From an uncultured Merdimonas sp. (GTDB lineage Bacteria; Bacillota; Clostridia; Lachnospirales; Lachnospiraceae), in the NCBI GenBank assembly GCA_944375725.1, contig CALWAZ010000090.1, positions 4,342-68,341 on the forward strand: DNA of 64,000 bases. The letters are read 5' to 3'. Positions within the stretch are counted from its first letter, which is position 1, and each line of letters opens with the position of its first letter. Both the position numbers and the translations under genes were made by a program. The notes below the pieces were generated by a model that saw only the letters and a program-made list of their open reading frames with translations, did no database searches and had not been told where the DNA came from. Below are positions 19,279-29,237 of the stretch, piece by piece.

Positions 19279-19970
19279 CTGAACACCTCCCGGAACAGTG
19301 CGTCCACAGATTTGCCTTCCTGATGGCGGATTTCATCCACAGACGCGTGAAGGCGGATATGGCCGTCCTGAATAAAGATCACATCGTCCAGCACATTTTC
19401 AATGTCTGCGATCAGGTGCGTGGAGATCAGTACGGACGCGTTTTCGTTATAGTTGGTAATAATGGTCTGCAGGATGTAGTCGCGGGCAGCAGGGTCCACG
19501 CCGCCGATGGGCTCATCCAGACAGTAAAGCTGGGCGTCCCGGCTCATAACCATAATCAGCTGAACCTTCTCCTTGGTTCCCTTCGACATGGCGCCCAGAT
19601 GCTGGGTTTCATCGATTCCCAGCCGGTGGAGCATATCACTGGCGCGGTTCCGGTCAAAATCCTCATAGAAATCAGAGAAGAAGCTCAGAATATCTGTAAC
19701 CTTCATCCAGCTGTTGAAATAGGTCCGCTCCGGCAGATAGGAGACGATTTTTTTGGTTTCCGGTCCCGGCTCAAAGCCATTTATGGTGATGGAGCCGGAG
19801 GTCGGGGAAAGAAGGCCGTTGATCAGCTTGATCAGAGTGGTTTTCCCGCTTCCGTTGGGGCCCAGAAGGCCGATGATACGTCCCCGTTCCAGGGAAAGGT
19901 TCAGGCTGTCCAGCGCTGTCTTATAGCCGTAGCGCTTGGTCAGGCTCTGGCAGTTCAGAAGCTGTTCCAT
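19272..19970 (-). CDS. ABC transporter ATP-binding protein
   Basis: GPNGSGKTT, MSKG, LDEP. Confidence 0.92.
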   Translation of the reverse strand: MEQLLNCQSLTKRYGYKTALDSLNLSLERGRIIGLLGPNGSGKTTLIKLINGLLSPTSGSITINGFEPGPETKKIVSYLPERTYFNSWMKVTDILSFFSDFYEDFDRNRASDMLHRLGIDETQHLGAMSKGTKEKVQLIMVMSRDAQLYCLDEPIGGVDPAARDYILQTIITNYNENASVLISTHLIADIENVLDDVIFIQDGHIRLHASVDEIRHQEGKSVDALFREVFRC

Positions 19971-20339
19971 TTAGGATTCCTCCTTCCATTCTTTTTCCAG
20001 AAGGCGCCGGATGTCTTCCCGGCTCAGGCCGAGCTGTTCCATATTTTTAAGAAATAACTGGATCTGTTCTCTGGCAATCTGTTCCTTGAGTTCTGTCATT
20101 TTCGATACATCCTCCGTGATAAATCTGCCGCTGGTGCGCTGGGTATATACAAGTCCGCTCCGTTCCAGCTCTGAAAGAGCCTTCTGCATGGTATTGGGAT
20201 TGACTGCCGCTTCCGCGGCCAGATCCCGTACAGACGGAAGCTTCTGCCCCGGCTGATAGACACCGGCGATAATGTTGGCTTTGATGAGATCCTCAATCTG
20301 CAGGTAGATGGGACGGGAATCATCAAGTGTCCATGCCAT
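19971..20339 (-). CDS. GntR-family (YtrA subfamily) regulator
   Basis: PIYLQI, KLPSVRDLA, VNPNTM. Confidence 0.92.
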   Translation of the reverse strand: MAWTLDDSRPIYLQIEDLIKANIIAGVYQPGQKLPSVRDLAAEAAVNPNTMQKALSELERSGLVYTQRTSGRFITEDVSKMTELKEQIAREQIQLFLKNMEQLGLSREDIRRLLEKEWKEES

Positions 20340-20487
20340 ATCGTCACTCCTTTCGCTGAAAATCACCTTGCCTGAAAGGCATTTGGCAAATTGGTAAAAT
20401 TTTCCGGGGAGGGGGTATTTTCAGTTAAGACTGCCGCTCCCCGCATCCCGCCTCCGGCAGGGGAGTCAGGATATGTTTTTGTATTAT

Positions 20488-20533
20488 TGTATTACTTTAT
20501 TAATACAATAGACCGGAGAAAGCAAATTGTCAA
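20488..20533 (-). promoter_or_regulatory. Promoter and YtrA-type operator
   Basis: Minus-strand TTGACA-17-TATTGT overlapping the palindrome TGTATTA-N6-TAATACA (20488-20507). Confidence 0.7.
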
Positions 20534-20682
20534 GGAGGGGAGGAAAATCTTCAGAAATTCTTAAAAAACGGGAGGGGAAAAAGAAATTCCGCAAATTTAA
20601 GGGGATTCCGAAATCTGCCGGATGCGGCAGAAACGGAATCCTCTTTGAGCGGAGCTGTAAAGATAAAAAAGAGAAAAGGCTT

Positions 20683-22569
20683 TTACCGCGGCCGCTTCTT
20701 CCATTTCAATAATAAGGCAGAGTGAATAATGACGATGACGGAGCCTGCGTTATGTACCAGCGCTCCGGCTACGGGGCCGAGCATGCCGGTAATGGCCAGT
20801 ATAATGGCAATCAGATTCAGCCCCAGAGAGAAGGACAGGTTGCATTTGATGGTAACCATCATGCGCCTGGACAGGGCAAAGAGATGAGGCAGCTCCTGAA
20901 CCTGGTCGTCCACCAGGGCGATGTCAGCCGCGTCCACAGCGATATCACTTCCCACGCCGCCCATGGCGATGCCCACATCGGCTTTTTTCAGGGCAGGGGC
21001 GTCGTTGATTCCGTCACCGATCATACAGACAGTTTCCTGTTTTTTCTGGAAAGAATCTATCAGTGTCAGCTTATCTTCCGGAAGACATTCCGCTTTTACA
21101 TCTCCGATGCCGAGTTCTTCCGCAATGGTGCGCGCGGCATTTTCATGATCTCCGGTCAGAAGCACCGGCTGCACGTTCAGCTCTTTCAGGCCGGCGATCA
21201 TTCCGGCGCTTTCCGGGCGGACTGTGTCAGAAAGGGCCAGAAAGCCCGCGGCAGTGCCGTCTGCGGCCAGATAGATGACAGTGCAGCCTCTGTCCAGATA
21301 GTTTTCTGCGTCCCGGAGCATCGAGTCTGGCAGGGAGCAGCGGTTTTTCTCCAGCATGTTCTGATTGCCGGCCAGAATGGTCTTTCCATCTACCCGGGCG
21401 GAGATGCCCTGGCCCGGTATCATCTGAAAGCGGTCTGCGGGAAGAAGCGCAGAGCCTTTCTGAGCTTTGAAATCATGTACTACCGCTTTCCCGAGGGGAT
21501 GCTCGGAAAACTGCTCAGCAGCCGCGGCCAGAGCGAAAAGCTGTTCTTCCGGCCAGCCGGGGGAGAAGCTTTTGACAGCAGTCACTTTCGGATTTCCATA
21601 GGTCAGCGTTCCGGTTTTGTCAAAGGCGATCCGTTTCACTCCGGCCAGCCGTTCCAGCGCGTCACCTTCCCGTACCAGAAAGCCATGATGGGTGGCGTTG
21701 CCGATAGCGGCCATGATGGCAGTAGGAGTAGCCAGCACCATAGCGCAGGGGCAGAACACCACCAGGATGGTCACGGCCCGGATGACTTCTCCTGTGAAAA
21801 TCCAGGTGAGCAGGGCCGCGGACAGAGCGATAATTACGACCCAGGTGGCCCAGCGGTCTGCCAGGCTGACGATCTTGGCTTTCCCCGCGTCGGCAGACTG
21901 AACCAGACGGATCATGCGCTGAATGGAGCTGTCCTCCCCGACCTTTTCAGCCTTCATTTCAAAAGCGCCGAACTGATTGACGGTTCCGCTGGATACCTCA
22001 TCGCCCGCGGTTTTGTCCACAGGAAGGGATTCGCCGGTCATAACAGCCTGGTTGATGGAGGTCTGCCCGCTTAGGATGACGCCGTCTACCGGGATGGTTT
22101 CTCCCGGAAGGACCCGGATACGGTCGCCGATTTGTACTTCTTCTGCCGGAACTGTTTTCTCACCGCCGGCGGTGAGAAGACGGGCGGTACGGGGCGTGAG
22201 GCGCACAAGCTTTTCGATGCCGGCCCTTGCCTTTGCCACGGTCAGCTCTTCCAGAAGTCCGCCCAGCTGCATGATAAAGGCTACTTCACCGGCAGCGAAA
22301 TCTTCTCCGATGCAGACAGAGGCGATGAGAGCCAGGGATACGAGAACATCGGCTTTGATATCAAAAGCAGTGATAAGGCCGGTGACGGCTTCCAGAATAA
22401 TGGGAATTCCACAGAGAAGGATGGCAGTCCAGGCAGGGTCAAAAGGAAGTGAGGCGGGCTGGAAGATGCTGATGAGCAGAGCGGTTCCTGAGATTACAAG
22501 CAGGGTGATGTCCTTTTTTGTTCCGCCCAGTTCCAGAAAGGCCTCCAGTTTTTCAGTCAGACGTTTCAT
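20683..22569 (-). CDS. Heavy-metal P1B-type ATPase lacking an N-terminal HMA domain
   Basis: TGES, CPC, DKTGT, SEHP, GDGIND. Confidence 0.93.
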   Translation of the reverse strand: MKRLTEKLEAFLELGGTKKDITLLVISGTALLISIFQPASLPFDPAWTAILLCGIPIILEAVTGLITAFDIKADVLVSLALIASVCIGEDFAAGEVAFIMQLGGLLEELTVAKARAGIEKLVRLTPRTARLLTAGGEKTVPAEEVQIGDRIRVLPGETIPVDGVILSGQTSINQAVMTGESLPVDKTAGDEVSSGTVNQFGAFEMKAEKVGEDSSIQRMIRLVQSADAGKAKIVSLADRWATWVVIIALSAALLTWIFTGEVIRAVTILVVFCPCAMVLATPTAIMAAIGNATHHGFLVREGDALERLAGVKRIAFDKTGTLTYGNPKVTAVKSFSPGWPEEQLFALAAAAEQFSEHPLGKAVVHDFKAQKGSALLPADRFQMIPGQGISARVDGKTILAGNQNMLEKNRCSLPDSMLRDAENYLDRGCTVIYLAADGTAAGFLALSDTVRPESAGMIAGLKELNVQPVLLTGDHENAARTIAEELGIGDVKAECLPEDKLTLIDSFQKKQETVCMIGDGINDAPALKKADVGIAMGGVGSDIAVDAADIALVDDQVQELPHLFALSRRMMVTIKCNLSFSLGLNLIAIILAITGMLGPVAGALVHNAGSVIVIIHSALLLKWKKRPR

Positions 22570-22608
22570 AGAGAATGTACTCCTTTTTCAATACTTATAA
22601 ACAGATAT

Positions 22609-22671
22609 TATACCTATAGGGGTATATGTTTTTCTGAATAAAGTATATACGTATACGGGTATGGGTGTCAA
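22609..22671 (-). promoter_or_regulatory. CsoR operators and promoter of the ATPase
   Basis: TATACCTATAGGGGTATA (22609) and ATACGTATACGGGTAT (22647); minus-strand TTGACA-18-TATACT. Confidence 0.72.
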
Positions 22672-22683
22672 GAGAGGAATAAA

Positions 22684-22739
22684 AAAGCAGGTGCAAAACC
22701 TCAGACAGAGGCTTCTGTCTGAGGTTTTGCACCTGCTTT
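22684..22739 (-). terminator. 26-bp perfect hairpin after csoR
   Basis: AAAGCAGGTGCAAAACCTCAGACAGA and its exact reverse complement; T-run on the minus strand. Confidence 0.75.
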
Positions 22740-22753
22740 CCCCGCTGGGAAGA

Positions 22754-23029
22754 TTATTTCATATTCGCAAACCGTTCCACGGCCTTTGTAAAATTTTCAA
22801 TGGTTTTATCTGCGTCTCCATGCTCGATACCGTCGCGGACACAGTGCTGGATATGTCCCTCCAGAACCACCTGTCCCACTTTGTGGAGAGCTGATTTCGC
22901 GGCGTTGATCTGCGACAGGATGTCCTCACAGGGGATATCTTCATCTACCATGCGGTCAATGGCCTGAACCTGTCCGATGATTTTTTTCAGTCTGCGGTGC
23001 AGATTGTCCGCATCCATGCATTGTCTCAT
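22754..23029 (-). CDS. csoR: CsoR/RcnR-family metal-sensing repressor
   Basis: RLKKIIGQV..I.RM, C.DIL.Q, H...C ligands. Confidence 0.85.
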   Translation of the reverse strand: MRQCMDADNLHRRLKKIIGQVQAIDRMVDEDIPCEDILSQINAAKSALHKVGQVVLEGHIQHCVRDGIEHGDADKTIENFTKAVERFANMK

Positions 23030-23254
23030 TATACGCCCGCCTCCTTGTCTGCCTTCGGCGCTCTGGCAGGATCCTGCGCTGCCGGATAAATACAGATAAA
23101 TTATAGGGGGAATCTGAAAGGCTGTCAAGAAAATGTTCCCGGCGTCCGGAGAGCGGCGTGGACAGCAGCTCTGGAATCCGGAACAGGTTGACTTTGCGTC
23201 CCTGCCGGAGTACGATAGAACGGACTGGAGAGAGGAAGAAAGGGGAAGGACAGC

Positions 23255-23884
23255 ATGAGAATCGGGAAAATACGTCCTGCGGAGGAAGAAATCGGAAACC
23301 TTCTTCCGCTTATCTTATTCAGTATTTTATGGTACGGCACACTGGGCATTTCCATCATGGAAAGCGGTTTCCAGCCGGGGCTGATTCTGTTTCTGGCTGC
23401 GGGGCTTCTGCCTTTGTATCAGGCATTTACGAGTGTCCGCCGGGCACTATTTTACCGGAGGCAGCGGGCAGAGGCGGTGGCTCTGGGCAGGCCGGCCCGG
23501 GGAAGAATTGTGGGAATCTCCAGAGAGGATGTGCCTTATTATACATCAGGAAAGCACAGGCGCCTGCGGTACAGGCGGTATTATTATCTTGAGGTGGAGA
23601 CGGCGGATCCTGATACGGGAATTGTATCCAGAATCAGGAGCCAGGGATACCGGCGCCCGATACACCGCTATCTGGGCTCGGATCAGGTGAGTGTGTATAC
23701 AGATAAAAGCGGATGGAAGCATTACCTGGAGGATTTCCAGTGGAAGGAGCGCCCCAGTGATCCGGATATTTTCGGCGGCTCCCCTGACTTTGAGGAAGCT
23801 CATCCGGGTGCTGAGCGGATAGGGCAGTTCCTTTTTACAGCCGTCCTTGTGCTGATGCTGCTCCATATATTCTTCCGGTTCTGA
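23255..23884 (+). CDS. Hypothetical membrane protein
   Basis: RBS; two N-terminal TM segments, a soluble domain and a C-terminal TM segment. Confidence 0.65.
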   Translation: MRIGKIRPAEEEIGNLLPLILFSILWYGTLGISIMESGFQPGLILFLAAGLLPLYQAFTSVRRALFYRRQRAEAVALGRPARGRIVGISREDVPYYTSGKHRRLRYRRYYYLEVETADPDTGIVSRIRSQGYRRPIHRYLGSDQVSVYTDKSGWKHYLEDFQWKERPSDPDIFGGSPDFEEAHPGAERIGQFLFTAVLVLMLLHIFFRF

Positions 23885-24050
23885 ACCGGAGCAGAGGGGC
23901 AGAGGGCTGCCGGTCTGCGGGAAAGCCGGCAGGGAAAAATAGACATGACAGAAACAGGGAACCGCGGTATAATAATTCCATGCATGTTTGAATGAAAGAC
24001 CGGAGCTTTTGCTGTCCGGGGAAGTACAGGAAAAGGAGAAAAGACGGAAG

Positions 24051-25376
24051 ATGTATAAAGAAGTGGCAAAACTGATCTTATACAGAGATCTGGGAGAGGA
24101 CAGCATTCTGCGGAAACTGTCCGGAATCTTTGAGGATTATGAAAACGGCGTGGGCAGCAGAGCGGAGCTGACCACAAGAATCTATGAGCAGATGAAGGCG
24201 CTGCTGGATCTGGCCACCCTTTACGGCTTTGATGAAAACCTGTGGCACAACTATCTGACCTTTATTCTGCTGACCAATGAAAATTCCTTCAGTATGACCA
24301 GCGAAAAGGTGGGGGCCAATGATGGAAGCGTCAACCATTTTGCAAAAGGGGATTTCCGGGTATTTAAAAATCTGTTTGACTTTGATTTCGGCCCGATTGA
24401 AAAGGATCTGGGGATCGACTGTTTTTCCACTATCTGCCATTATAAAGCTATTGGAAAAAAAGAGCGCATGTACAATAAAAATGTAAGCGAAAAGGTGCAG
24501 GCGGTGAGCCGGCAGATTGAAAAGGCGGCGGATGAGGAAGAGATCTTCCGGATTATCACGGACTTCTATAAGGCCTACGGAGTAGGCATGTTTGGACTGA
24601 ACAAGGCGTTCCGCATTCAGAGCCGTCCGGAGGGCGTGGAGTTTATTCCCATCAATAATACAGAGCAGGTGGTATTGGACGATCTGATCGGCTATGAGAT
24701 TCAGAAGAAAAAGCTGGTGGATAATACAGAGGCCTTTGTGCACGGATATCCGGCCAATAACGTGCTGCTGTTCGGTGACAGCGGCACCGGAAAATCCACC
24801 AGTATTAAAGCAATTCTCAATGAGTATTATGACCAGGGCCTGCGGATGATTGAGATTTACAAGCACCAGTTTCAGGATCTGTCTGCGGTGATTTCCCGTA
24901 TCAAAAACAGAAATTACCGTTTTATCATTTACATGGATGATCTGTCCTTTGAGGAGTTTGAGATCGAGTACAAATACCTGAAAGCAGTGATTGAGGGCGG
25001 TATGGAGACAAAGCCGGATAACGTACTGATCTATGCCACGTCAAACAGACGCCATATCATCCGGGAGACCTGGAATGATCGAAGCGATATGGAGCAGGAC
25101 GATGGCATGCACCGCTCCGACACCATGCAGGAAAAGCTTTCTCTGGTGGCCCGTTTCGGTGTAACCATCAGCTTTTCCAAGCCTACCCAGAAGGAATATT
25201 GCAAACTCGTCACAGAGCTTGCGAAGCGTTATCCGGAGATAACCCTGTCCGAACAGGAGCTCTGCGCGGAGGCAAACAAGTGGGAAATGAGCCATGGAGG
25301 AATTTCCGGGCGGACAGCCCAGCAGTTTATCAATTATCTGGCGGGCCGGGAGAAGGAAGAAGAGGAACGTTCATAA
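24051..25376 (+). CDS. DUF815-family AAA+ ATPase
   Basis: [36 protein letters not shown]. Confidence 0.88.
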   Translation: MYKEVAKLILYRDLGEDSILRKLSGIFEDYENGVGSRAELTTRIYEQMKALLDLATLYGFDENLWHNYLTFILLTNENSFSMTSEKVGANDGSVNHFAKGDFRVFKNLFDFDFGPIEKDLGIDCFSTICHYKAIGKKERMYNKNVSEKVQAVSRQIEKAADEEEIFRIITDFYKAYGVGMFGLNKAFRIQSRPEGVEFIPINNTEQVVLDDLIGYEIQKKKLVDNTEAFVHGYPANNVLLFGDSGTGKSTSIKAILNEYYDQGLRMIEIYKHQFQDLSAVISRIKNRNYRFIIYMDDLSFEEFEIEYKYLKAVIEGGMETKPDNVLIYATSNRRHIIRETWNDRSDMEQDDGMHRSDTMQEKLSLVARFGVTISFSKPTQKEYCKLVTELAKRYPEITLSEQELCAEANKWEMSHGGISGRTAQQFINYLAGREKEEEERS

Positions 25377-25440
25377 ACTCAGAAACAAAAAAGACGATAT
25401 GTATTGCAGGAGGTGTTTTTACATCTCCTGTTTTCTTTTT

Positions 25441-26241
25441 TCATAGTCCTTTTTTCCGGTACAGCCGTTCGGCGAGCCCCAGAAGCTGATAGAGGCCCAT
25501 GGCCAGAACGCAGAGAATCACGATGGACATCAGAACCATGTCAAGCTGGAATACCTGGCTTCCGTAGATAATCAGGTAGCCCAGTCCTTCCCGGCTTCCG
25601 ATAAATTCTCCGATGATGACACCCACCAGACAGAGGCCGATATTGACCTTCATGGTACTTAGAAAGATGGGGATAGAGCCGGGCAGGATGACTTTGGAAA
25701 GTACATCCTTTTTCCGGCCTCCCAGGGTGTAGATCAGCTTTGCCTTTTCCGGGTCTGCTCCGAGGAAACCGGTATAAATGGTGAGAATGCTTCCAAACAG
25801 GGCCACAGACATGCCGGCCACGATAATGGTCCGCATATTGGCGCCCAGCCATACAATCAAAAGCGGGGCCAGAGCCGATTTTGGCAGGCTGTTCAGCACC
25901 ACCAGATAGGGCTCCAGGATTTGTGAAAGCGGTTTGCTCATCCACAGAAGAACTGCGGCCAGCAGGCTTACGGCAAAGACCAGAAGAAAACTCACCAGTG
26001 TCTCAAACAGGGTGATGGCTGTGTGCCGGAAAATAGATCCGTCTGCGGTCATGGAGAGAAAGGTTTCGGTGACCCGGGAGGGACTGCTGAAAATAAAGGC
26101 GTCAATCAGATGAAGTCTGGCGCTGGCTTCCCAGATCACGAGAAAGGCCAGAAAAATCAGAATGCGGACCAGCGTGACGGTCCGCAGCTTCTGCCGCCGT
26201 TTTTTCATAAAACGCTGCTGGGCAGAGGAAAGCTCAGCCAT
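25441..26241 (-). CDS. Nitrate/sulfonate/taurine-type ABC permease (YtlD-like)
   Basis: NSLPK.ALAP, GEFIGS..GLGYLI. Confidence 0.88.
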   Translation of the reverse strand: MAELSSAQQRFMKKRRQKLRTVTLVRILIFLAFLVIWEASARLHLIDAFIFSSPSRVTETFLSMTADGSIFRHTAITLFETLVSFLLVFAVSLLAAVLLWMSKPLSQILEPYLVVLNSLPKSALAPLLIVWLGANMRTIIVAGMSVALFGSILTIYTGFLGADPEKAKLIYTLGGRKKDVLSKVILPGSIPIFLSTMKVNIGLCLVGVIIGEFIGSREGLGYLIIYGSQVFQLDMVLMSIVILCVLAMGLYQLLGLAERLYRKKGL

Positions 26242-27001
26242 GAGTATTCAGCTCCTTCCATATAAGATTGAAATATTCCTGAAATTCGGGCGCGCTGCGC
26301 GTCTGCATGGGTGTACGGTGTTCCATGTCAAAATGAATGGGAACCTCTTTCTGTATCCGGCCGGGACGCCTGGACAGCACCAGGATCTGATCGGCGACGC
26401 TGATGGCCTCGGAGAGATCGTGGGTGACCAGAACCGCAGTCTTTTCCTCTTTTTTGATAATCTCATAGATATCGTCACAGACAGAAAGGCGGGTCTGATA
26501 ATCCAGGGCGGAAAAGGGCTCATCCAGAAGCAGAAGATCCGGCTCCAGAACCAGCGTGCGGATGAGAGCCGCCCTCTGGCGCATACCGCCGGACAGCTGG
26601 GAGGGCCGGGCGTTCCGGAAGCCGGAAAGGCCATAGGTCTCCAGCATCTCATCGGCTTTTTTCAGCCGCTCCGGTGTCATTTTATTCTGGATCTCCAGCC
26701 CCAGCACCACATTGCTGTAGACAGTGCGCCATTCAAAAAGGTGGTCTCTCTGCAGCATGTAGCCAATGCTGGCCCGGGCTTCCTTCAGCGGGAGGCCGGA
26801 AAGAGAGATGCTTCCTTCCTCGGGAGTGAGCAGCCCGGAGATCAGGGAGAGCAGGGTGGATTTGCCGCAGCCGCTGGGGCCTACGACAGCAAGAAACCTT
26901 CCGGGCTCCAGAGAAAAGGAGATATCGGAAAGGGCCGGAGTCTCCCCTTCTGCCGTATGGTAAGAAAAGCTGACATGCGAAAGCTTCAGCAGTGGATTCA
27001 T
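26234..27001 (-). CDS. Nitrate/sulfonate-type ABC ATPase (YtlC-like)
   Basis: GPSGCGKST, LSGGMRQR, LDEPFSALD. Confidence 0.9.
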   Translation of the reverse strand: MNPLLKLSHVSFSYHTAEGETPALSDISFSLEPGRFLAVVGPSGCGKSTLLSLISGLLTPEEGSISLSGLPLKEARASIGYMLQRDHLFEWRTVYSNVVLGLEIQNKMTPERLKKADEMLETYGLSGFRNARPSQLSGGMRQRAALIRTLVLEPDLLLLDEPFSALDYQTRLSVCDDIYEIIKKEEKTAVLVTHDLSEAISVADQILVLSRRPGRIQKEVPIHFDMEHRTPMQTRSAPEFQEYFNLIWKELNTHG

Positions 27002-27060
27002 GGAAATGCCTCCTTTGGCTGATATATTCCTAGTTTATGAAAGGACCTCCCTTTTGTGAA

Positions 27061-27089
27061 TGATGCAAATATGATACAATCAGGATGCA
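27061..27089 (+). promoter_or_regulatory. Triple direct repeat, putative response-regulator site
   Basis: TGATGCA / TGATACA / GGATGCA at an 11-bp period. Confidence 0.6.
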
Positions 27090-27125
27090 GAATAGCCATA
27101 AAAGCAGAGAAAATGAGAGACGGAT

Positions 27126-27779
27126 ATGATACGCATACTGGTAGTGGAGGATGAGCAGGCTATTTCAAACCTGATTGCGGTGAATCTGAAAGCGGCAGGT
27201 TATGTCTGCGACTGTGTTTTTGATGGTATGGCAGCGGCGGATGCCCTGGACAAGACGGTGTACGATTTGATTCTTCTGGACGTGATGCTTCCCAAAGTGG
27301 ACGGGTATGAGCTGATGAGCTACATCGCGCCTCTGGAGATACCGGTGATTTTTCTGACTGCGAAAGCTTCTGTGGCAGACCGGGTAAAGGGCCTGCGCCT
27401 GGGAGCGGACGACTATCTGGCGAAGCCTTTTGAAATCATTGAGCTGCTGGCCCGTGTGGAGACTGTACTGCGCCGTTACCATAAGACAGAACGGATTCTG
27501 GCGGAGGGAGACGTGGTGATAGACACTGCGTCACGGACCGTAAAAAAGAATGGGGAACCGGTGAACCTGACTAAAAAGGAGTATGAGCTCCTGCTTTTAT
27601 TTGTGCGGAATAAAAATATTGCCCTGTACCGCGAGACGATCTACGAGCGGATCTGGGGTGGAGAATATATGGGAGACAGCCGGACGGTGGATCTGCATGT
27701 GCAGCGTATGCGGAAAAAAATAGGCTGGGAGGATAAGATTGTGACAGTCTATAAGGTGGGATATCGTCTGGAGGGATGA
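27126..27779 (+). CDS. OmpR-family response regulator
   Basis: VEDE, LDVMLP, GADDY..KPF, VGYRL. Confidence 0.94.
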   Translation: MIRILVVEDEQAISNLIAVNLKAAGYVCDCVFDGMAAADALDKTVYDLILLDVMLPKVDGYELMSYIAPLEIPVIFLTAKASVADRVKGLRLGADDYLAKPFEIIELLARVETVLRRYHKTERILAEGDVVIDTASRTVKKNGEPVNLTKKEYELLLLFVRNKNIALYRETIYERIWGGEYMGDSRTVDLHVQRMRKKIGWEDKIVTVYKVGYRLEG

Positions 27780-27785
27780 GAGAGG

Positions 27786-29237
27786 ATGAAATTTTCCTGG
27801 AAAATCTGTGTGTCGGTGCTGGCCTTCAGTATGATTGTGGTGGGAATCAGCGGCTATATGCTTCTGGAAGCCCTGTTTCAGTCCGGCTATCAAAGAGAGG
27901 TAAAAAGCGCGGCGGAGGAAAACCGGATGGTGCAGTATTCCTTCGGAGCATACTGGAATACCACAGTCCGGGACAGAAGCTCCGGTTTCGTGGAGACGGA
28001 TGTGAGGCGGACTGCCCAGGCCATGCAGGAAAACATGGCAGGTACCGGGCTGCGTTTTCAGTTTTACAATCAGGAGGGCACAGAGCTCTATGACAGCGGA
28101 GCGGAGGAGCTTCTGAAAGAGAGGGAACGGAAACAGCTTTTCTCGGCGGCCTCCGGGGATACGAGGGCCAGAATGCTGGTCCGGACCGGAGAGGGGTTCG
28201 GCCTGGCCACAGTAAGCACCATTCTGCTGGAGGACGGGACCCTGCTTTACCTGGAGACGGACCGGGATGTGACAGCCCTTTTCGCGGACAGACAGGCTCA
28301 GTACGGCATTTACCGGCGGTGGATGGCGGGACTGCTGCTTCTCCAGGGCCTTGGCTGTTATCTGATTGCGGTCTGGCTTCTTAAGCCCCTGGGACGGCTG
28401 TCGAAAGCAGCCCGCCGCATTGCGGGCGGAAATCTGGAGGTGCGGGCGAAGGTGGAGACCGGAGATGAGATCGGCCAGCTTGCGGCGGATTTCAATCATA
28501 TGGCGGACAATCTGGAAAAGCAGTTCGGAGAACTGGAGGACGCGGCCCGCAGACAGGAGGATTTTATCGGGAGCTTCGCTCATGAGCTGAAGACTCCGCT
28601 GACTTCCATGATTGGCTATGCTGACATGCTCCGGACCAGAGAGATGGGAGAAGAGGAGCGTTTTGCCGCTGCCAATTACATTTTCCGGGAGGGAAAACGG
28701 CTGGAAGCTCTGTCTTTTAAGCTTCTGGATCTGATGGTAATCCGCCATGGGGAACTGCGGAAACGGGAGATAAATGCCCGGTGGCTGGCGGAGGATCTTT
28801 CCGGCATTCTGAAACCGATCCTTGAAGAAGCGGGCATTACCCTGAAAGTACTGGTGGAGGATGTTTCGGTTTCCATGGAGCCGGATCTGATGAAGACAGT
28901 GCTTTTGAATCTGATGGACAACGGACGGAAGGCCATGGAGGAGGGCGGCCGGCTGTATCTGCTTGGCCGCAAGGAAAAGAAGGGGTTTGCCTTTTATGTG
29001 CAGGATACCGGCAAGGGGATGCCCGGGGAAGAGCTTTCCCGGATTACGGAGGCCTTTTATATGGTAGATAAGTCGAGAGCGAGACGCCAGGGCGGCGCGG
29101 GGCTTGGCCTTTCTATCTGCTCGGAGATTGTAAAAAGGCATGGAGGAGATTTGAGCTTTCAGAGTATTCCGGGGAAAGGAACTCTTGTCCGGGTATGGCT
29201 GCCCTCCGGAGACGGAGAGAGGGAGGCGGATGTATGA
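27786..29237 (+). CDS. HAMP sensor histidine kinase
   Basis: HAMP DEIGQLA..FN.M, AHELKTPL, DTGKG, GAGLGL. Confidence 0.93.
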   Translation: MKFSWKICVSVLAFSMIVVGISGYMLLEALFQSGYQREVKSAAEENRMVQYSFGAYWNTTVRDRSSGFVETDVRRTAQAMQENMAGTGLRFQFYNQEGTELYDSGAEELLKERERKQLFSAASGDTRARMLVRTGEGFGLATVSTILLEDGTLLYLETDRDVTALFADRQAQYGIYRRWMAGLLLLQGLGCYLIAVWLLKPLGRLSKAARRIAGGNLEVRAKVETGDEIGQLAADFNHMADNLEKQFGELEDAARRQEDFIGSFAHELKTPLTSMIGYADMLRTREMGEEERFAAANYIFREGKRLEALSFKLLDLMVIRHGELRKREINARWLAEDLSGILKPILEEAGITLKVLVEDVSVSMEPDLMKTVLLNLMDNGRKAMEEGGRLYLLGRKEKKGFAFYVQDTGKGMPGEELSRITEAFYMVDKSRARRQGGAGLGLSICSEIVKRHGGDLSFQSIPGKGTLVRVWLPSGDGEREADV

